Virus record (IMG/VR): IMGVR_UViG_3300009509_000014
Coordinates: 1 to 64,000 of that record
DNA length: 64,000 nucleotides
Source: a virus
Reading direction: 5' to 3' (one strand)
Shown: positions 15,343-25,229 of the stretch, one piece after another
How the letters are laid out: every line of letters starts with the position of its first letter
Numbering within the stretch: position 1 is the stretch's first letter
Position numbers and translations under genes: made by a program
The notes under the pieces: model-generated
Seen by the model: the letters and a program-made list of their open reading frames with translations, nothing else
Databases searched by the model: none
Told to the model about the DNA's origin: nothing

Positions 15343-16443
15343 CTAGCCAGCGAAATACATTGGCATAATGCCATACTTATAATTATCAGAGTCGCTTAAA
15401 ACAATTAGTGCAGTTGGTGCATTTACGCTGAATGTAATTATGTCACTTTTTAGTTTTATCAATGCGTCTTTTAGGTATTTGATTGACGCCCCGAACCTTT
15501 TTGGAGGCCCATTAAATTGAAGACAATCAAGGTCACTTGTATGCTTGCCAGAACTTGACGATGCAGAAATCTCAACCTTACCATCATCGTTTACAGAAAT
15601 CACTACAAGGTTTTCAGAATCAAGGGCATCTGTTGTTGCTAAAGAGATAGCTTCGGCTAGCTCGTCGCGACTCACACTGAATGTTGTCTCAAACTCCGTT
15701 GGCATAAGCGACTTGTAATCAGGGAAGCTGTGATTGATAACAAGTGTTGCGATCACTCCGTCTTGCCAGCTAACTATAAATTTCCCGCCAACCCTATACA
15801 CGTAAATCTCTTCAAGCCCGTCAATGGCCTTTGCAATCTTGGCAAGGGAAACTGCTGGAACAAGAGTCTCTTCTTCTACAAGCTTTTCAGTGTTGTATAT
15901 TGATAACCTAGCTCCGTCAGCAGACACAACATCTGTGCCATTCATGAAGATTCCCTCTAGGGCAGGGAATGGGCTTTTAGGATCGGCAGCGGCCATAGTC
16001 ATTCTAATGGCTGTTACAAGTTCTTTCCCGTCTATCTTTTTTGCTACCTTGTCGGAGTCAACCATAAATGATCTGTCCAACGTGGGGAATAGGATTGTAT
16101 CAACTGTCGCAAGTTTAGAAGTATGGTTACCTGACTTGATTGTTACAAAATTCCCAAATGTCATAGACAGTTCCCCTGACGCCTTCGCTAGTATCTGCAA
16201 TTTAGGGAGTAGTCTGTCTGCAGGAATGCAGACATTAAAGCTTCCTTCTACCCCACTGGCGTCAATGTACATGGAAATGTCCGTTGTTCCACTGTCTATC
16301 GCCGACAGTTCTAAAACACCTTCTTTAAGAGAGAATTTTATACACTGAAGGGCTTGTACAGGGCTTTTCCTAGTAACCCACATAGAAACCTTGGATACAA
16401 CGTCAAGAATCTTCTCCGTCTGGAACGTCATCTTTATTGCCAC
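15343..16443 (-). CDS. dnaN: DNA polymerase III beta sliding clamp
   Basis: 366 aa, three-domain pattern, SADGARL, FPDYKSL.P, C-terminal IMPM. Confidence 0.9.
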   Translation of the reverse strand: MAIKMTFQTEKILDVVSKVSMWVTRKSPVQALQCIKFSLKEGVLELSAIDSGTTDISMYIDASGVEGSFNVCIPADRLLPKLQILAKASGELSMTFGNFVTIKSGNHTSKLATVDTILFPTLDRSFMVDSDKVAKKIDGKELVTAIRMTMAAADPKSPFPALEGIFMNGTDVVSADGARLSIYNTEKLVEEETLVPAVSLAKIAKAIDGLEEIYVYRVGGKFIVSWQDGVIATLVINHSFPDYKSLMPTEFETTFSVSRDELAEAISLATTDALDSENLVVISVNDDGKVEISASSSSGKHTSDLDCLQFNGPPKRFGASIKYLKDALIKLKSDIITFSVNAPTALIVLSDSDNYKYGIMPMYFAG

Positions 16444-17416
16444 TTGTCAGTATTCCTTTCGCCTTATCATACATGGCCGAAAGCACTTCGTCTTTACTTA
16501 TGTATTCATATAGATTTGTGCGACCATGAAACTTCTCCCCGTCTACCTCAAACCACGAACCACTTTGACTTATCAGCCCAAGTGAAATTCCAGCGTCGAT
16601 AACGCTTTCTACCTTGTCAAAGCCAACACCAAAGTTCAATCGCAGATCGGCACTCCTGAATGGAGTAGCTAGGGAGTTTTTCTTTATTGTAACCCTTACA
16701 ATTTGTCCGGTTGGATCTCCGCCAGATGTTGTTAATGTTTTTATCCTTCTCATGTCTATACGGAGTGATGCGTTATGCCGAAGCGCCCAACCTCCAGGTT
16801 GTGTTTGTTGTGGCCCCATAGCCAAACTCCCCATGCCGCCAATCTTTGAGCGTATTTGGTTCACAAAAATAACAGTTGCGTCATTTGCCTTCATAGAGTG
16901 AACCATTTGTCTTAGGTTTTGCGACAAGATTCTAGCTAGTAGTCCAACAAATTGATCTCCGGTAACACCCTCCCATTCTGCCTTTGGGACAAGGGACGGA
17001 ACGCTATCTATTACAACTAGCCTCACTCCGCCTTTTATTAGTGCGTGGCAGACATTTAGTGCGGCTTCCCCATACGGCGGTTGTGTAAAATACATTCTGT
17101 CAAGATCGACCCCAAGCGTTTCCGCCCATACAGGATCGATACGATGTTCCATATCAATGTACGCAGTCTCCAATCCGTGACGCTGAGCCTGCGCTATAAG
17201 CTGCAAGCATAGCGTTGTTTTCCCGACACCTTCCGGTGAGTAAACTTCTACAAAATACCCAAGCGGAATTCCACCAATTCCTATTGCAAGGTCTAGTTGC
17301 AGTAGGCCAGTGGGGATATAAGGCACTTGGGCGACTTCATTATCACCCAAATGCCCTATAAAGATGTCGTATTTCTTGGCAAGTTCGCTTGCCACGGCAT
17401 CTATCCCTTTTGCCAT
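16403..17416 (-). CDS. recA: RecA recombinase
   Basis: IPTG...LDLAIGIGGIP.G, PEGVGKTTL, VIDSV, FVNQIR.KIG, PGG.AL. Confidence 0.95.
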   Translation of the reverse strand: MAKGIDAVASELAKKYDIFIGHLGDNEVAQVPYIPTGLLQLDLAIGIGGIPLGYFVEVYSPEGVGKTTLCLQLIAQAQRHGLETAYIDMEHRIDPVWAETLGVDLDRMYFTQPPYGEAALNVCHALIKGGVRLVVIDSVPSLVPKAEWEGVTGDQFVGLLARILSQNLRQMVHSMKANDATVIFVNQIRSKIGGMGSLAMGPQQTQPGGWALRHNASLRIDMRRIKTLTTSGGDPTGQIVRVTIKKNSLATPFRSADLRLNFGVGFDKVESVIDAGISLGLISQSGSWFEVDGEKFHGRTNLYEYISKDEVLSAMYDKAKGILTSGNKDDVPDGEDS

Positions 17417-17427
17417 TTACCTATCCT

Positions 17428-17814
17428 TTACAGAGGAAAATCGTCGTCTTCAAAAACATCCGTGCTTGAACTTACAAGACTTTCATCCACTGATGATTCA
17501 GAACTGCTACCTTTTGGATCAAGGAAGATAACGCTATTAGCAATAATCTTTAGAGTTGTTCTGCGCTTCCCATCATCGCCAACCCAGTCATCCTGATCGA
17601 TGCGTCCGGTAACAGCGACGCGAGAACCTTTCTTTGTGTACTTGTTTACTAATTCTGCCAACTTGCCCCAAACAGAAACGTCAAACCACAATGTCTTCTC
17701 TGGTGCAACTTGTACAGCAAATCGAAAAGACGTTACCGCACTTTCATTAGACAGAAACTTCATTGACGGATCGACTCCCAACCGTCCGGTAAAACTAACT
17801 GCATTTAAGTCCAT
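17428..17814 (-). CDS. ssb: single-stranded DNA-binding protein
   Basis: GRLG.DP, VWGKLAE...KG..V.V.GR, acidic DDDFPL tail. Confidence 0.93.
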   Translation of the reverse strand: MDLNAVSFTGRLGVDPSMKFLSNESAVTSFRFAVQVAPEKTLWFDVSVWGKLAELVNKYTKKGSRVAVTGRIDQDDWVGDDGKRRTTLKIIANSVIFLDPKGSSSESSVDESLVSSSTDVFEDDDFPL

Positions 17815-18044
17815 TCTATGTCTCCATTTATAATTGTTAATCTTAAATCTATCATATCTATTGAAGCCTTTGAGTAGAACAATGGCGACTGCCCTGCTGG
17901 CTTCTCGGCACGACAGTTGCTATAATACTTACATGGAATTATACTATTATATCTTCTGCATGTCAAACATGACTTTGCTGAGATTGCTTCCGCTATGCTG
18001 CTGTAGGCCACAATTGGCCTGCCATTTAGATATCCAAGGCGCAT
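17805..18044 (-). CDS. small Cys-containing hypothetical protein
   Basis: Fills the gap in a coupled operon. Confidence 0.5.
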   Translation of the reverse strand: MRLGYLNGRPIVAYSSIAEAISAKSCLTCRRYNSIIPCKYYSNCRAEKPAGQSPLFYSKASIDMIDLRLTIINGDIEWT

Positions 18045-18331
18045 TTTGCCTCTCCGTCGTATTCATATCCATACATTTTTTGTAATTTTGAAAGCAGTTC
18101 TTTCCGGCCAGCATCGTTATGTACTTCCCCGTGGCACTTTCTGCACAGGCATACCCTATTTTTGATTGCGAATAGCTCTAACCGTCGCAGTGGCCCAAAG
18201 TGAGACTTAGGAATTATCTCATGAACGTCATCCGCGAGTCTACTGCACCGAACGCACCGGACTTTACCTTCAAGGTCGGTGTCTCTTGCTATTACCAGAT
18301 AATAAGTCGCTGCATCTTCTGGCTCTCTCAC
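18026..18331 (-). CDS. HNH endonuclease
   Basis: CVRC...DVHEI...N.VCLCRKCH...H. Confidence 0.8.
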   Translation of the reverse strand: MREPEDAATYYLVIARDTDLEGKVRCVRCSRLADDVHEIIPKSHFGPLRRLELFAIKNRVCLCRKCHGEVHNDAGRKELLSKLQKMYGYEYDGEAKCALDI

Positions 18332-18618
18332 AAATATTCGCTCTCTATGCCAAACCTGCCAATTACTTCTCTTGCCCTTGCGGCAGGATGAAGTTTCTCC
18401 GATCTGTCAAGCATTTTATATAATAACGCACATGATTCAAGATGCTCACATTCAACACAGAATGTGCTACCTATAAACTCTTTCGTAGAAATTCCTAGCC
18501 AGCAATTCAAGAGGCGTATATTGGCAACTGCTATCTTCCTTGCCGCCTCTTGCTCTGCAATCGGTAATAAGAGTTGTTTATTTTCATCATCCACATTTAC
18601 TGTATCCGCAGATTGCAC
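18328..18618 (-). CDS. hypothetical protein
   Basis: Coupled ORF with CVEC..L..C. Confidence 0.55.
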   Translation of the reverse strand: MQSADTVNVDDENKQLLLPIAEQEAARKIAVANIRLLNCWLGISTKEFIGSTFCVECEHLESCALLYKMLDRSEKLHPAARAREVIGRFGIESEYL

Positions 18619-20629
18619 AAGTAGAACATCCTCCCTGATAGTTTAGCTCTCCACTGCACTCTGGACACTTTGCTGCTGTTGTTTCGTACCTGCTAAGTGT
18701 TTGCGCTATAAGCGCGGGAATGCTAGTGACCGATTGCCCCTCAATCTTTCTCAGTTGTTCGATTATCTTTTCCAGTGGCGCACCAACACGCAGGGCCAAA
18801 CTGGAGAGCCTTGTGACTGCTGTAACCAATTGCAATTCTTTTAGCGACCTTATATAAGGAGTGTTTACAAATACTTCCCACGGTCGCTTGCCATCTATTG
18901 TATTTACAGTTATGTACAAATTTGTACTTTCACCTTCAATATTGCCAACTACCTTGTATGTATCGCCAGATAGAACCGCAGGTCTTGCTAACAACTCTGC
19001 CTCTTCAACGCGGGATGTGTATTCGGACGACAAAACTTGCCGAGTCCTAGAACCGTCTCTGTACACAGTACATCCATTACACCCCTTATCGTAAGCATAA
19101 AACAGTACATTAAGAACATCTTCTACCGTTGCGTTGTTTGGCAAATTAACCGTGTAAGATATACTGGTATCGACGTATTCAGAAAATGCGGCAACCGTGT
19201 CAATAACTGCTGACCAGGGAAGATCGTATAGTGTTACAAATCCATCTGCTCCAGCAAGATTGTGTAAGATTGTGTATTCGCCTGTCCTATCACTCCGCTT
19301 TGTTATTGCACTAAAGATTGGTTCTATGCCAGCCGAACAACCGGCTAGAAGGCTAATCGTGCCAGTTGGAGCAATTGATAACAAGGCATTATTTCTCCTA
19401 CCGTTAAAGTCTCCATGTGTTCCCGATCCCTTTTCCATCATTAGGGTTTTGCTTTCGTCTTCTGCGACTTTCATCAGCAGTTGCGCGATCCAGCCAGCCT
19501 TCGCTACGGCCTCAACAGAACCATACTTGTGTCCCATCTTAATAAGAGCATCAGCGAATCCCATAATGCCTAGCCCTATTGACCTGTTCCTGTACGACCA
19601 AGCCGCCGTTGCCGATGTCGGGAATTCGTTTAATGTAATCATGTTGTCAAGAAATCTAACTGCTACCCTTATAACTCTCTTAAACTCTTCAATGTCAATA
19701 TATCCTAGCTCATCGACGAATTCCGATATATTTATGCTCCCAAGACAGCAACTCCCGTTTGGTGGAAGTGGTTGCTCACCACACGGATTCGTGGCCTGAA
19801 TCAATGACGGATCATATTTTGTGCGCCTGCGAATCGTGTCAATAAACAGAACACCAGGCTCTCCATTCTCCCACGCCCCGTTTGCAATAGCTGTTAGAGT
19901 TTCCCGTTCTTTAGTGTCTATATGTGAAGCATTTTGCATAAACTCGTCAGAAGCCAACACGCTCATGTTAAAGTTTGACAGATATGTCTCCGATGCGGCT
20001 AGGATTGCACGGTCCTGCAGTAGTTGTTCGGCAACACCTTTTGGGTTGTCTGTAATCCTATTGAGATTTAGTAATTCGATTACGGAGTTTACTGGGGACT
20101 TTGCGGTAATGAAATCCACAATATCTTTATGGGAAGCATCCATAGTTGCCATACAGGCAGCGTCACGGAATCCACCCTGCGTCATCGTAAGCATGTCGTA
20201 TGAAAATGTCTTCCAGAATCCAACAGGCCCTCCAGCGATACCGTGGGTTGAACCGCGGACTGGAGATCCAGCAGGCCGAAGGTTTGAAAGGCCAATGCCC
20301 CAACCCCCTCCAGATTTCGTGATTGCCATAGCGGTAGCCTTGGCCTCTGCGATTGAATCCAGGTTATCTTCTAGTCCTATAACAAAACACGCGAACAAAC
20401 CCCCTCCGTGTCCAGCGTTTACAAGGCATGGGCTATTCGGCAGAAATTTACCAGACGCCATTACTTCGCGGAATATTAGCTTCCAGTCAGAACGTAGTCC
20501 ATCCTCTTCTGTCTCTGCGGAAGCTATAAATGACGACACTCTATCAAGGAGTTCGTCTGGTGTGCTTTCGCCATTACGGTAATATCTTTTTGCAAGAATG
20601 CTCTTTGCCATTTCTGTTTCAGCGAACAT
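18587..20629 (-). CDS. nrdJ: class II (adenosylcobalamin-dependent) ribonucleotide reductase
   Basis: FLPNSP.L.NAG, ATNPCGEQ, CCLGSIN, IAPTGTIS, TVYRDGSR; C-terminal Zn ribbon; no beta-subunit gene nearby. Confidence 0.9.
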   Translation of the reverse strand: MFAETEMAKSILAKRYYRNGESTPDELLDRVSSFIASAETEEDGLRSDWKLIFREVMASGKFLPNSPCLVNAGHGGGLFACFVIGLEDNLDSIAEAKATAMAITKSGGGWGIGLSNLRPAGSPVRGSTHGIAGGPVGFWKTFSYDMLTMTQGGFRDAACMATMDASHKDIVDFITAKSPVNSVIELLNLNRITDNPKGVAEQLLQDRAILAASETYLSNFNMSVLASDEFMQNASHIDTKERETLTAIANGAWENGEPGVLFIDTIRRRTKYDPSLIQATNPCGEQPLPPNGSCCLGSINISEFVDELGYIDIEEFKRVIRVAVRFLDNMITLNEFPTSATAAWSYRNRSIGLGIMGFADALIKMGHKYGSVEAVAKAGWIAQLLMKVAEDESKTLMMEKGSGTHGDFNGRRNNALLSIAPTGTISLLAGCSAGIEPIFSAITKRSDRTGEYTILHNLAGADGFVTLYDLPWSAVIDTVAAFSEYVDTSISYTVNLPNNATVEDVLNVLFYAYDKGCNGCTVYRDGSRTRQVLSSEYTSRVEEAELLARPAVLSGDTYKVVGNIEGESTNLYITVNTIDGKRPWEVFVNTPYIRSLKELQLVTAVTRLSSLALRVGAPLEKIIEQLRKIEGQSVTSIPALIAQTLSRYETTAAKCPECSGELNYQGGCSTCAICGYSKCG

Positions 20630-21087
20630 TACCTGTTAATCCCTCCTGATGTTCCGCGATCGGTGTTAAGGTTGACCTGGGTTATTTTCGTCAGTGGAAT
20701 ATTGAGGGCGAGAACAGGAACCATTTGGGCTATCATATCACCAGCGTTAAATAGGAGGATTTCATCTGTGGGGTTGTATACTTTTATCTTTACTTCGCCA
20801 CGGTACTCTACATCAATAACGCCTGCCAAAATTGCATGTTCACTTCGGCCCTTTGGCCACACCAATGTTCCAACTCCGGTAACATCTATACCAAATAGCA
20901 ATCTCCAAATAAATCTTTGGAGCTTTGTAAATTGCGGAAACTCAAATGAGAGTCCAGTGTTGATTGTTTTAACATCTCCAGGCTTAATTATATGGACGCC
21001 ACATGCAGGCATGTCTATTCCAAGGTCTGACTCACGACCCCTTTCGGGGTTATATTCGATTGTACTAAACTTAATCTCTTTAGCCAT
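20629..21087 (-). CDS. dut: dUTPase (trimeric)
   Basis: GIDM, AGVIDVEYRGE, GDMIAQ, RGTSGG. Confidence 0.85.
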   Translation of the reverse strand: MAKEIKFSTIEYNPERGRESDLGIDMPACGVHIIKPGDVKTINTGLSFEFPQFTKLQRFIWRLLFGIDVTGVGTLVWPKGRSEHAILAGVIDVEYRGEVKIKVYNPTDEILLFNAGDMIAQMVPVLALNIPLTKITQVNLNTDRGTSGGINR

Positions 21088-21616
21088 TAGTTATGCCAAC
21101 GCACCCCTTATATTTATCAACTGTGATTCCAACGTCTATCGCATTATCGGAACCGTCAACGGTATCAAACAACACAGTTCCGTTATAGATTATAGTTACT
21201 GCTACTGGACCTCTCATGTTATGCCGCACGGCAGTTTTATAGTCTACATCAATAACTCTATTCTTGTCAAGCCCAATACTGTAATGCTTTTTGGAGACAA
21301 CATCTATGGCTATATATGGGCCATCAATTGTTCCGTCAGGCCACAAGATATGAACATCTTTACCTTTGTCGCCCAACCTATATACTGCAACAGCACCGAT
21401 ATACCCTGCCCCTTCAAGCCACGCAGAGTAGTCACTTTTAGAATCTATATATCCTAATATAGTAGCCGTAGTCTCCATTCTTCCTTTTGAATAAAAAGCA
21501 GCACACCCACTCATTGACATAGCAGACGATTCTTCCTCCCACGGAATATATCCCGTGTGAGAAAATGGCACGGCAATATTAACAATTATCAAAATTACGT
21601 GAAATATCCACCACAT
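21080..21616 (-). CDS. secreted or membrane-anchored RlpA-like double-psi beta-barrel protein
   Basis: N-terminal hydrophobic signal; G.A.FY, GPY.AIDV, IDVD pattern. Confidence 0.5.
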   Translation of the reverse strand: MWWIFHVILIIVNIAVPFSHTGYIPWEEESSAMSMSGCAAFYSKGRMETTATILGYIDSKSDYSAWLEGAGYIGAVAVYRLGDKGKDVHILWPDGTIDGPYIAIDVVSKKHYSIGLDKNRVIDVDYKTAVRHNMRGPVAVTIIYNGTVLFDTVDGSDNAIDVGITVDKYKGCVGITNG

Positions 21617-21631
21617 AAAAATACCTCCTTA

Positions 21632-21892
21632 GAGAACAGAACTAGCCCTGTTTCCAGGGCTAATGCTGTTTGATATGCGTCCTATCCAGAGCGTCATATC
21701 TCTTCGGTCAGGTTGCAACGGAGTTCACCGTAATCGTTGCCACTAAAACAGCTTCACCACTCCTTCGGCGTAAGAGGTTGGTCCGTGCAGGCCAATCGTT
21801 GCCTGCACGGACCGAGTACCACACCAAAAAGGAGGTAAGTTGCGAAGACACCGAAGCACCCCGAAGCTCAACCCTATGCTATCGCTGTCGTC
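21632..21892 (-). ncRNA. structured leader or sRNA
   Basis: About 260 nt between a consensus promoter and the next SD; 13-bp perfect hairpin, anti-SD, GAAA-loop hairpin. Confidence 0.55.
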
Positions 21893-21897
21893 TAGCT

Positions 21898-21926
21898 ATT
21901 ATACTGGAAGATGTTAACTTTGTCAA
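21898..21926 (-). promoter_or_regulatory. consensus sigma70 promoter
   Basis: TTGACA-17-TATAAT. Confidence 0.88.
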
Positions 21927-21946
21927 TAAATCTTCAAAAGATTGTA

Positions 21947-23089
21947 CTATGTGCTGAATGTTAATTGCTCTGCCATTCCGTCATCTATTGCCGAAGCTTT
22001 TAGAATCTCATCCACGTCATTCCCATACTTATTTGCCATTTGCATCCACCACTCGGCCCTATTCCTGCCAGCGTTAGCATATTCGTGTGTTTTTTCAACA
22101 CTGACGATATGTTCCCAACCAGCCAGAATCGCACCTATTGATTCGCTCATAACTCCACCGAATGGCACAAGAAGTCTTCTTGGGCTGTACACGCCAGGCG
22201 GAAGCAGGAGCTTCGCAAGCCACACATTTAGGGAAATAGGTTTTATGGTTGGGTGGTTTATTCCGCCCAATTCTATCTCTCTCTCTGGCCCTAACGACTT
22301 CTTATTGTAATAAAGATTTACACCCTCTAAAAAGTCTGGCCCCCAAGAAAATGTTGGGAAGTACGCATTGTCGAAATTCCCATTATGAAGATTACACGTT
22401 GGGTGGCATTTTGCCTTTGTACAAAGTGGGTGGTGAGAGATAACGACATTCGTGGGCCACTTGCCTCCTTCGTACTTGCAAGCTTCTATATGTAATGCTC
22501 CAGAACCATACTCTCTTATTGAGTCAACCTTTTTACCTTCGTATGGTTTCTGGAAAAGGATGATCGGCTCAACGGCAGGTCTCAATGCCTGTATTCCATA
22601 CCTATACTCCCACCATGCGAGAGCCTCTTTCGATGCTGGCCTGGTCACAAAATGATCTTTGTTCCAACGCTCTCCAGATCGTTGATACCCATAAGTTGCA
22701 GTACTCTTTTCAAGTACCTCTCGTTCGTCGTACACACCTTTTTCTTTATCAATAGCTGTATCAATTCTCGCCGCTTTGTGCAATCCGGTTGCATAGGCCC
22801 AACAGAATATTGAAGGGTGAATTATAAAGCCTGCATCTTCAATTGCGGTTGCGATCCTGTGCCAAGTTCTAGCGCCGCCGTATGTCATTCCAAACGCGCC
22901 AGGAAGGAGATGTTTCCCAAGTGCGGCCCATGTATCGGGCAAAAAGCTAACTCCAGACGAATCCCAAGACTTTCCCATGAATCCGTACTCGTATGGGCAG
23001 TCTGTGAAAAGTGCGTGAAAAGGTGGTCCGCTGTATTCTTTACTCCATTTGTTTATATCTTCGTTGTAAATTTCTAAGGTAGTTTCCAT
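21947..23089 (-). CDS. DNA N4/N6 methyltransferase (beta class)
   Basis: TDCPY (DPPY variant), FMGKSWD, HPTIKP, LVPFGG motif I variant. Confidence 0.8.
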   Translation of the reverse strand: METTLEIYNEDINKWSKEYSGPPFHALFTDCPYEYGFMGKSWDSSGVSFLPDTWAALGKHLLPGAFGMTYGGARTWHRIATAIEDAGFIIHPSIFCWAYATGLHKAARIDTAIDKEKGVYDEREVLEKSTATYGYQRSGERWNKDHFVTRPASKEALAWWEYRYGIQALRPAVEPIILFQKPYEGKKVDSIREYGSGALHIEACKYEGGKWPTNVVISHHPLCTKAKCHPTCNLHNGNFDNAYFPTFSWGPDFLEGVNLYYNKKSLGPEREIELGGINHPTIKPISLNVWLAKLLLPPGVYSPRRLLVPFGGVMSESIGAILAGWEHIVSVEKTHEYANAGRNRAEWWMQMANKYGNDVDEILKASAIDDGMAEQLTFST

Positions 23090-23844
23090 TTTGCCGATGT
23101 CGGACTCCAATCGTTTTTCCAACGCCAGATTACTAAGCAGCATTTGAATATATCAAACAGCCCTTTTATGTTGTCTGCGACTTCAATCTCAACAGTGTTG
23201 CCGTCCTTCGGTATGCGAATAACAGCAACTTTGGTAATGTCTATGCCAAGCTCTTCCTCAAGGGCCTTTGCATATGCAGCACTCTGAACAAGGTATTCAG
23301 GATAAATCCCCTTGCTAGTCTTAAAATCAGCGGCGACGATATTCCCATTTATCTCTATTACAATGTCAACTGTACCAGAATACATATATCTTTTGGAAAA
23401 CAGTTTGCGTTCACTGTAATGATATTTAATGTCTGTATATCGTTTCTCCCAATCAATGTATGACATAACTGCTGCAAGCACCGGAGGATATTCTGGCAAG
23501 TCTGGCGCTGGAGTAGATAATATCTGAGCCTTAATGTATCTTTCCAGCCAGTCATGGGCCTCAGAACCTATATTCAACGCCTTTTTTGACTGCCTAAATC
23601 TTGCATCTTTTGAATCGCGCAAGATGAAATCAAGTTGCTCTTGTGTATATAACGTTCCAGGCTTTAATGTTTTTCTAAGATTATCGACGGTTTCGTTTAC
23701 CGCCCAAGGAATCAGGGCAGGTTTGTCTATAACCCCAAGGATACGTGTAACACTTGGAACAATTACACCGTCAACGGAATACAAATGCTCTGTTTCGTTG
23801 AATAGAAGCTCAACCTCCCCATTATAAAGTTTTCGTGTTGCCAC
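23074..23844 (-). CDS. PD-(D/E)XK exonuclease
   Basis: VPSVTRIL, G...H, SE..L, YSGTVD, DFKTS, Q.AAY. Confidence 0.85.
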   Translation of the reverse strand: MATRKLYNGEVELLFNETEHLYSVDGVIVPSVTRILGVIDKPALIPWAVNETVDNLRKTLKPGTLYTQEQLDFILRDSKDARFRQSKKALNIGSEAHDWLERYIKAQILSTPAPDLPEYPPVLAAVMSYIDWEKRYTDIKYHYSERKLFSKRYMYSGTVDIVIEINGNIVAADFKTSKGIYPEYLVQSAAYAKALEEELGIDITKVAVIRIPKDGNTVEIEVADNIKGLFDIFKCCLVIWRWKNDWSPTSAKWKLP

Positions 23845-23852
23845 AGTGTCTC

Positions 23853-24158
23853 CTATTCGAATGTTGCGTATGGGTCTGCAACGGCAATATCTATAAGCTT
23901 CCTCAAGATAGCTTTAAGTTCTTCGGCCTTAAACATTGGCCCTAGTAAAAATTCGGCTACACTTTCAATATCGGCAAGCCTATAAAGATCGACCAACATA
24001 TACCCAAGCGCAGCATCACGTAATTCCGTGGCCGAAAATCCATCCAGGGTGTTGTCTTTGTCTTCTAAAACTTTTACCAGTTCTAGCACTTTGTCTTCTG
24101 GTCCAAATAACATTACTTCGCCAACGCTTTTTGCAATATGTTCCATTTTTATCTCCAA
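23853..24158 (-). CDS. hypothetical protein
   Basis: ORF within the operon. Confidence 0.6.
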   Translation of the reverse strand: MEIKMEHIAKSVGEVMLFGPEDKVLELVKVLEDKDNTLDGFSATELRDAALGYMLVDLYRLADIESVAEFLLGPMFKAEELKAILRKLIDIAVADPYATFE

Positions 24159-24160
24159 TA

Positions 24161-24904
24161 CTAAAATAACTCTAGTTGTTTTATTCGTTCATTTACTGGT
24201 GCCAATGAGAATAACCTCTCAAGCCTGCTGTCCTTGCCTTCGGTTGTGTGTAAGTCTGTTTTTGTGCCAATCTCAAGGACTTTCTTAAAATCGTGTGGGG
24301 CTTTATATTCTGACACCACTACGTTGTGTCCAAGAGACTCCAATTCTCTAACCCTATTCCAAAATACACCAGTATCAAATGATGGCGTATTCCCGTAATC
24401 TGTTGTTCCAGCATACGGAGGATCGCAATAGATTAGCATTTTAGGTTCGGGGGGAGGTTCTGTTAAAAAATCGGCAGTAAAAAATCTTACACCAGAAAGG
24501 TATTTTACCTTCCGCAAGATACTCCTTGATCCCTCTCTCGCATAGTTTCGTGACGGATTGGCGTTTCTTGCATACCCGCCAAACCACTTACCTCCAAACG
24601 ATGTAGCAAACCCAACAAATGAAACAAGGCTTGGGGGATATTCATCAATGTTGTCTTTTATTTTATTGTAATCATCTTCTGTGATTGTCTCTGGTGGTAT
24701 CCAGCCGTTCACAGCCGCTTTCCACATTTCTATAAGATATGGGTTAATGTCGCTGGCATACTTCCTGCCACCACACCGTATCTTTACAAGAACCCATGCC
24801 GCTCCAACGAACGGCTCCCAATATGACTGTTTAGGTTTTATTATAGCATTTATATAGCTGGATATGTCTCCAGCAGTCCGATACTTCCCGCCTAAATACT
24901 TCAC
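24161..24904 (-). CDS. DNA adenine methyltransferase (D12/Dam class)
   Basis: YLGGK, EPFVG, IYCDPPY, VSEY. Confidence 0.9.
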   Translation of the reverse strand: MKYLGGKYRTAGDISSYINAIIKPKQSYWEPFVGAAWVLVKIRCGGRKYASDINPYLIEMWKAAVNGWIPPETITEDDYNKIKDNIDEYPPSLVSFVGFATSFGGKWFGGYARNANPSRNYAREGSRSILRKVKYLSGVRFFTADFLTEPPPEPKMLIYCDPPYAGTTDYGNTPSFDTGVFWNRVRELESLGHNVVVSEYKAPHDFKKVLEIGTKTDLHTTEGKDSRLERLFSLAPVNERIKQLELF

Positions 24905-24930
24905 ATATTCTATCCCTTCGTTTAGTCTAA

Positions 24931-25004
24931 TCCCCCTGGATGGATTCGAACCATCACTTATACGGGCTTAAGCCGTATGCCTCTGCCAGTTGGGCCACAG
25001 GGGG
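24931..25004 (-). tRNA. tRNA-Leu(TAA), short variable region
   Basis: CCCCCTG/CAGGGGG; TACGG-CTTAAGC-CCGTA. Confidence 0.88.
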
Positions 25005-25010
25005 AGATCT

Positions 25011-25229
25011 TTAAGTTAAACCACCATCCTTGATCTCTTCGGCGTGTACGTGCTTAAGTTCCGAATTGACATTCCAGGTACTGCTAAACCCATTCATCTT
25101 TTTCAGGTCTCTGACTAACTCAAAGATACTTCTTGTTACAAGATCGTTTAACACATTCTCGTTTAGTGCAGTATTCAATATCCATGAGTCTCCATCAAGC
25201 GTGAAATTTGTTGTTATTCTTATTTTCAT
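25011..25229 (-). CDS. hypothetical protein
   Basis: Coupled ORF (TAATG). Confidence 0.6.
   Translation of the reverse strand: MKIRITTNFTLDGDSWILNTALNENVLNDLVTRSIFELVRDLKKMNGFSSTWNVNSELKHVHAEEIKDGGLT

Noticed and set aside
19197-21457. Long plus-strand ORFs opposite the RNR and dUTPase genes (and similar antisense ORFs elsewhere)
   Set aside because: They are shadow frames of well-supported genes with no motifs or SD.
21829-21917. Plus-strand SD AAGGAGGT followed by a short TTG-started ORF
   Set aside because: It is antisense to a consensus promoter and has no plus-strand promoter; better explained as the minus-strand anti-SD.
23074-23844. Cas4 or CRISPR association of the PD-(D/E)XK nuclease
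   Set aside because: It lacks the four-Cys Fe-S motif and no array is present; it is an ordinary phage exonuclease.
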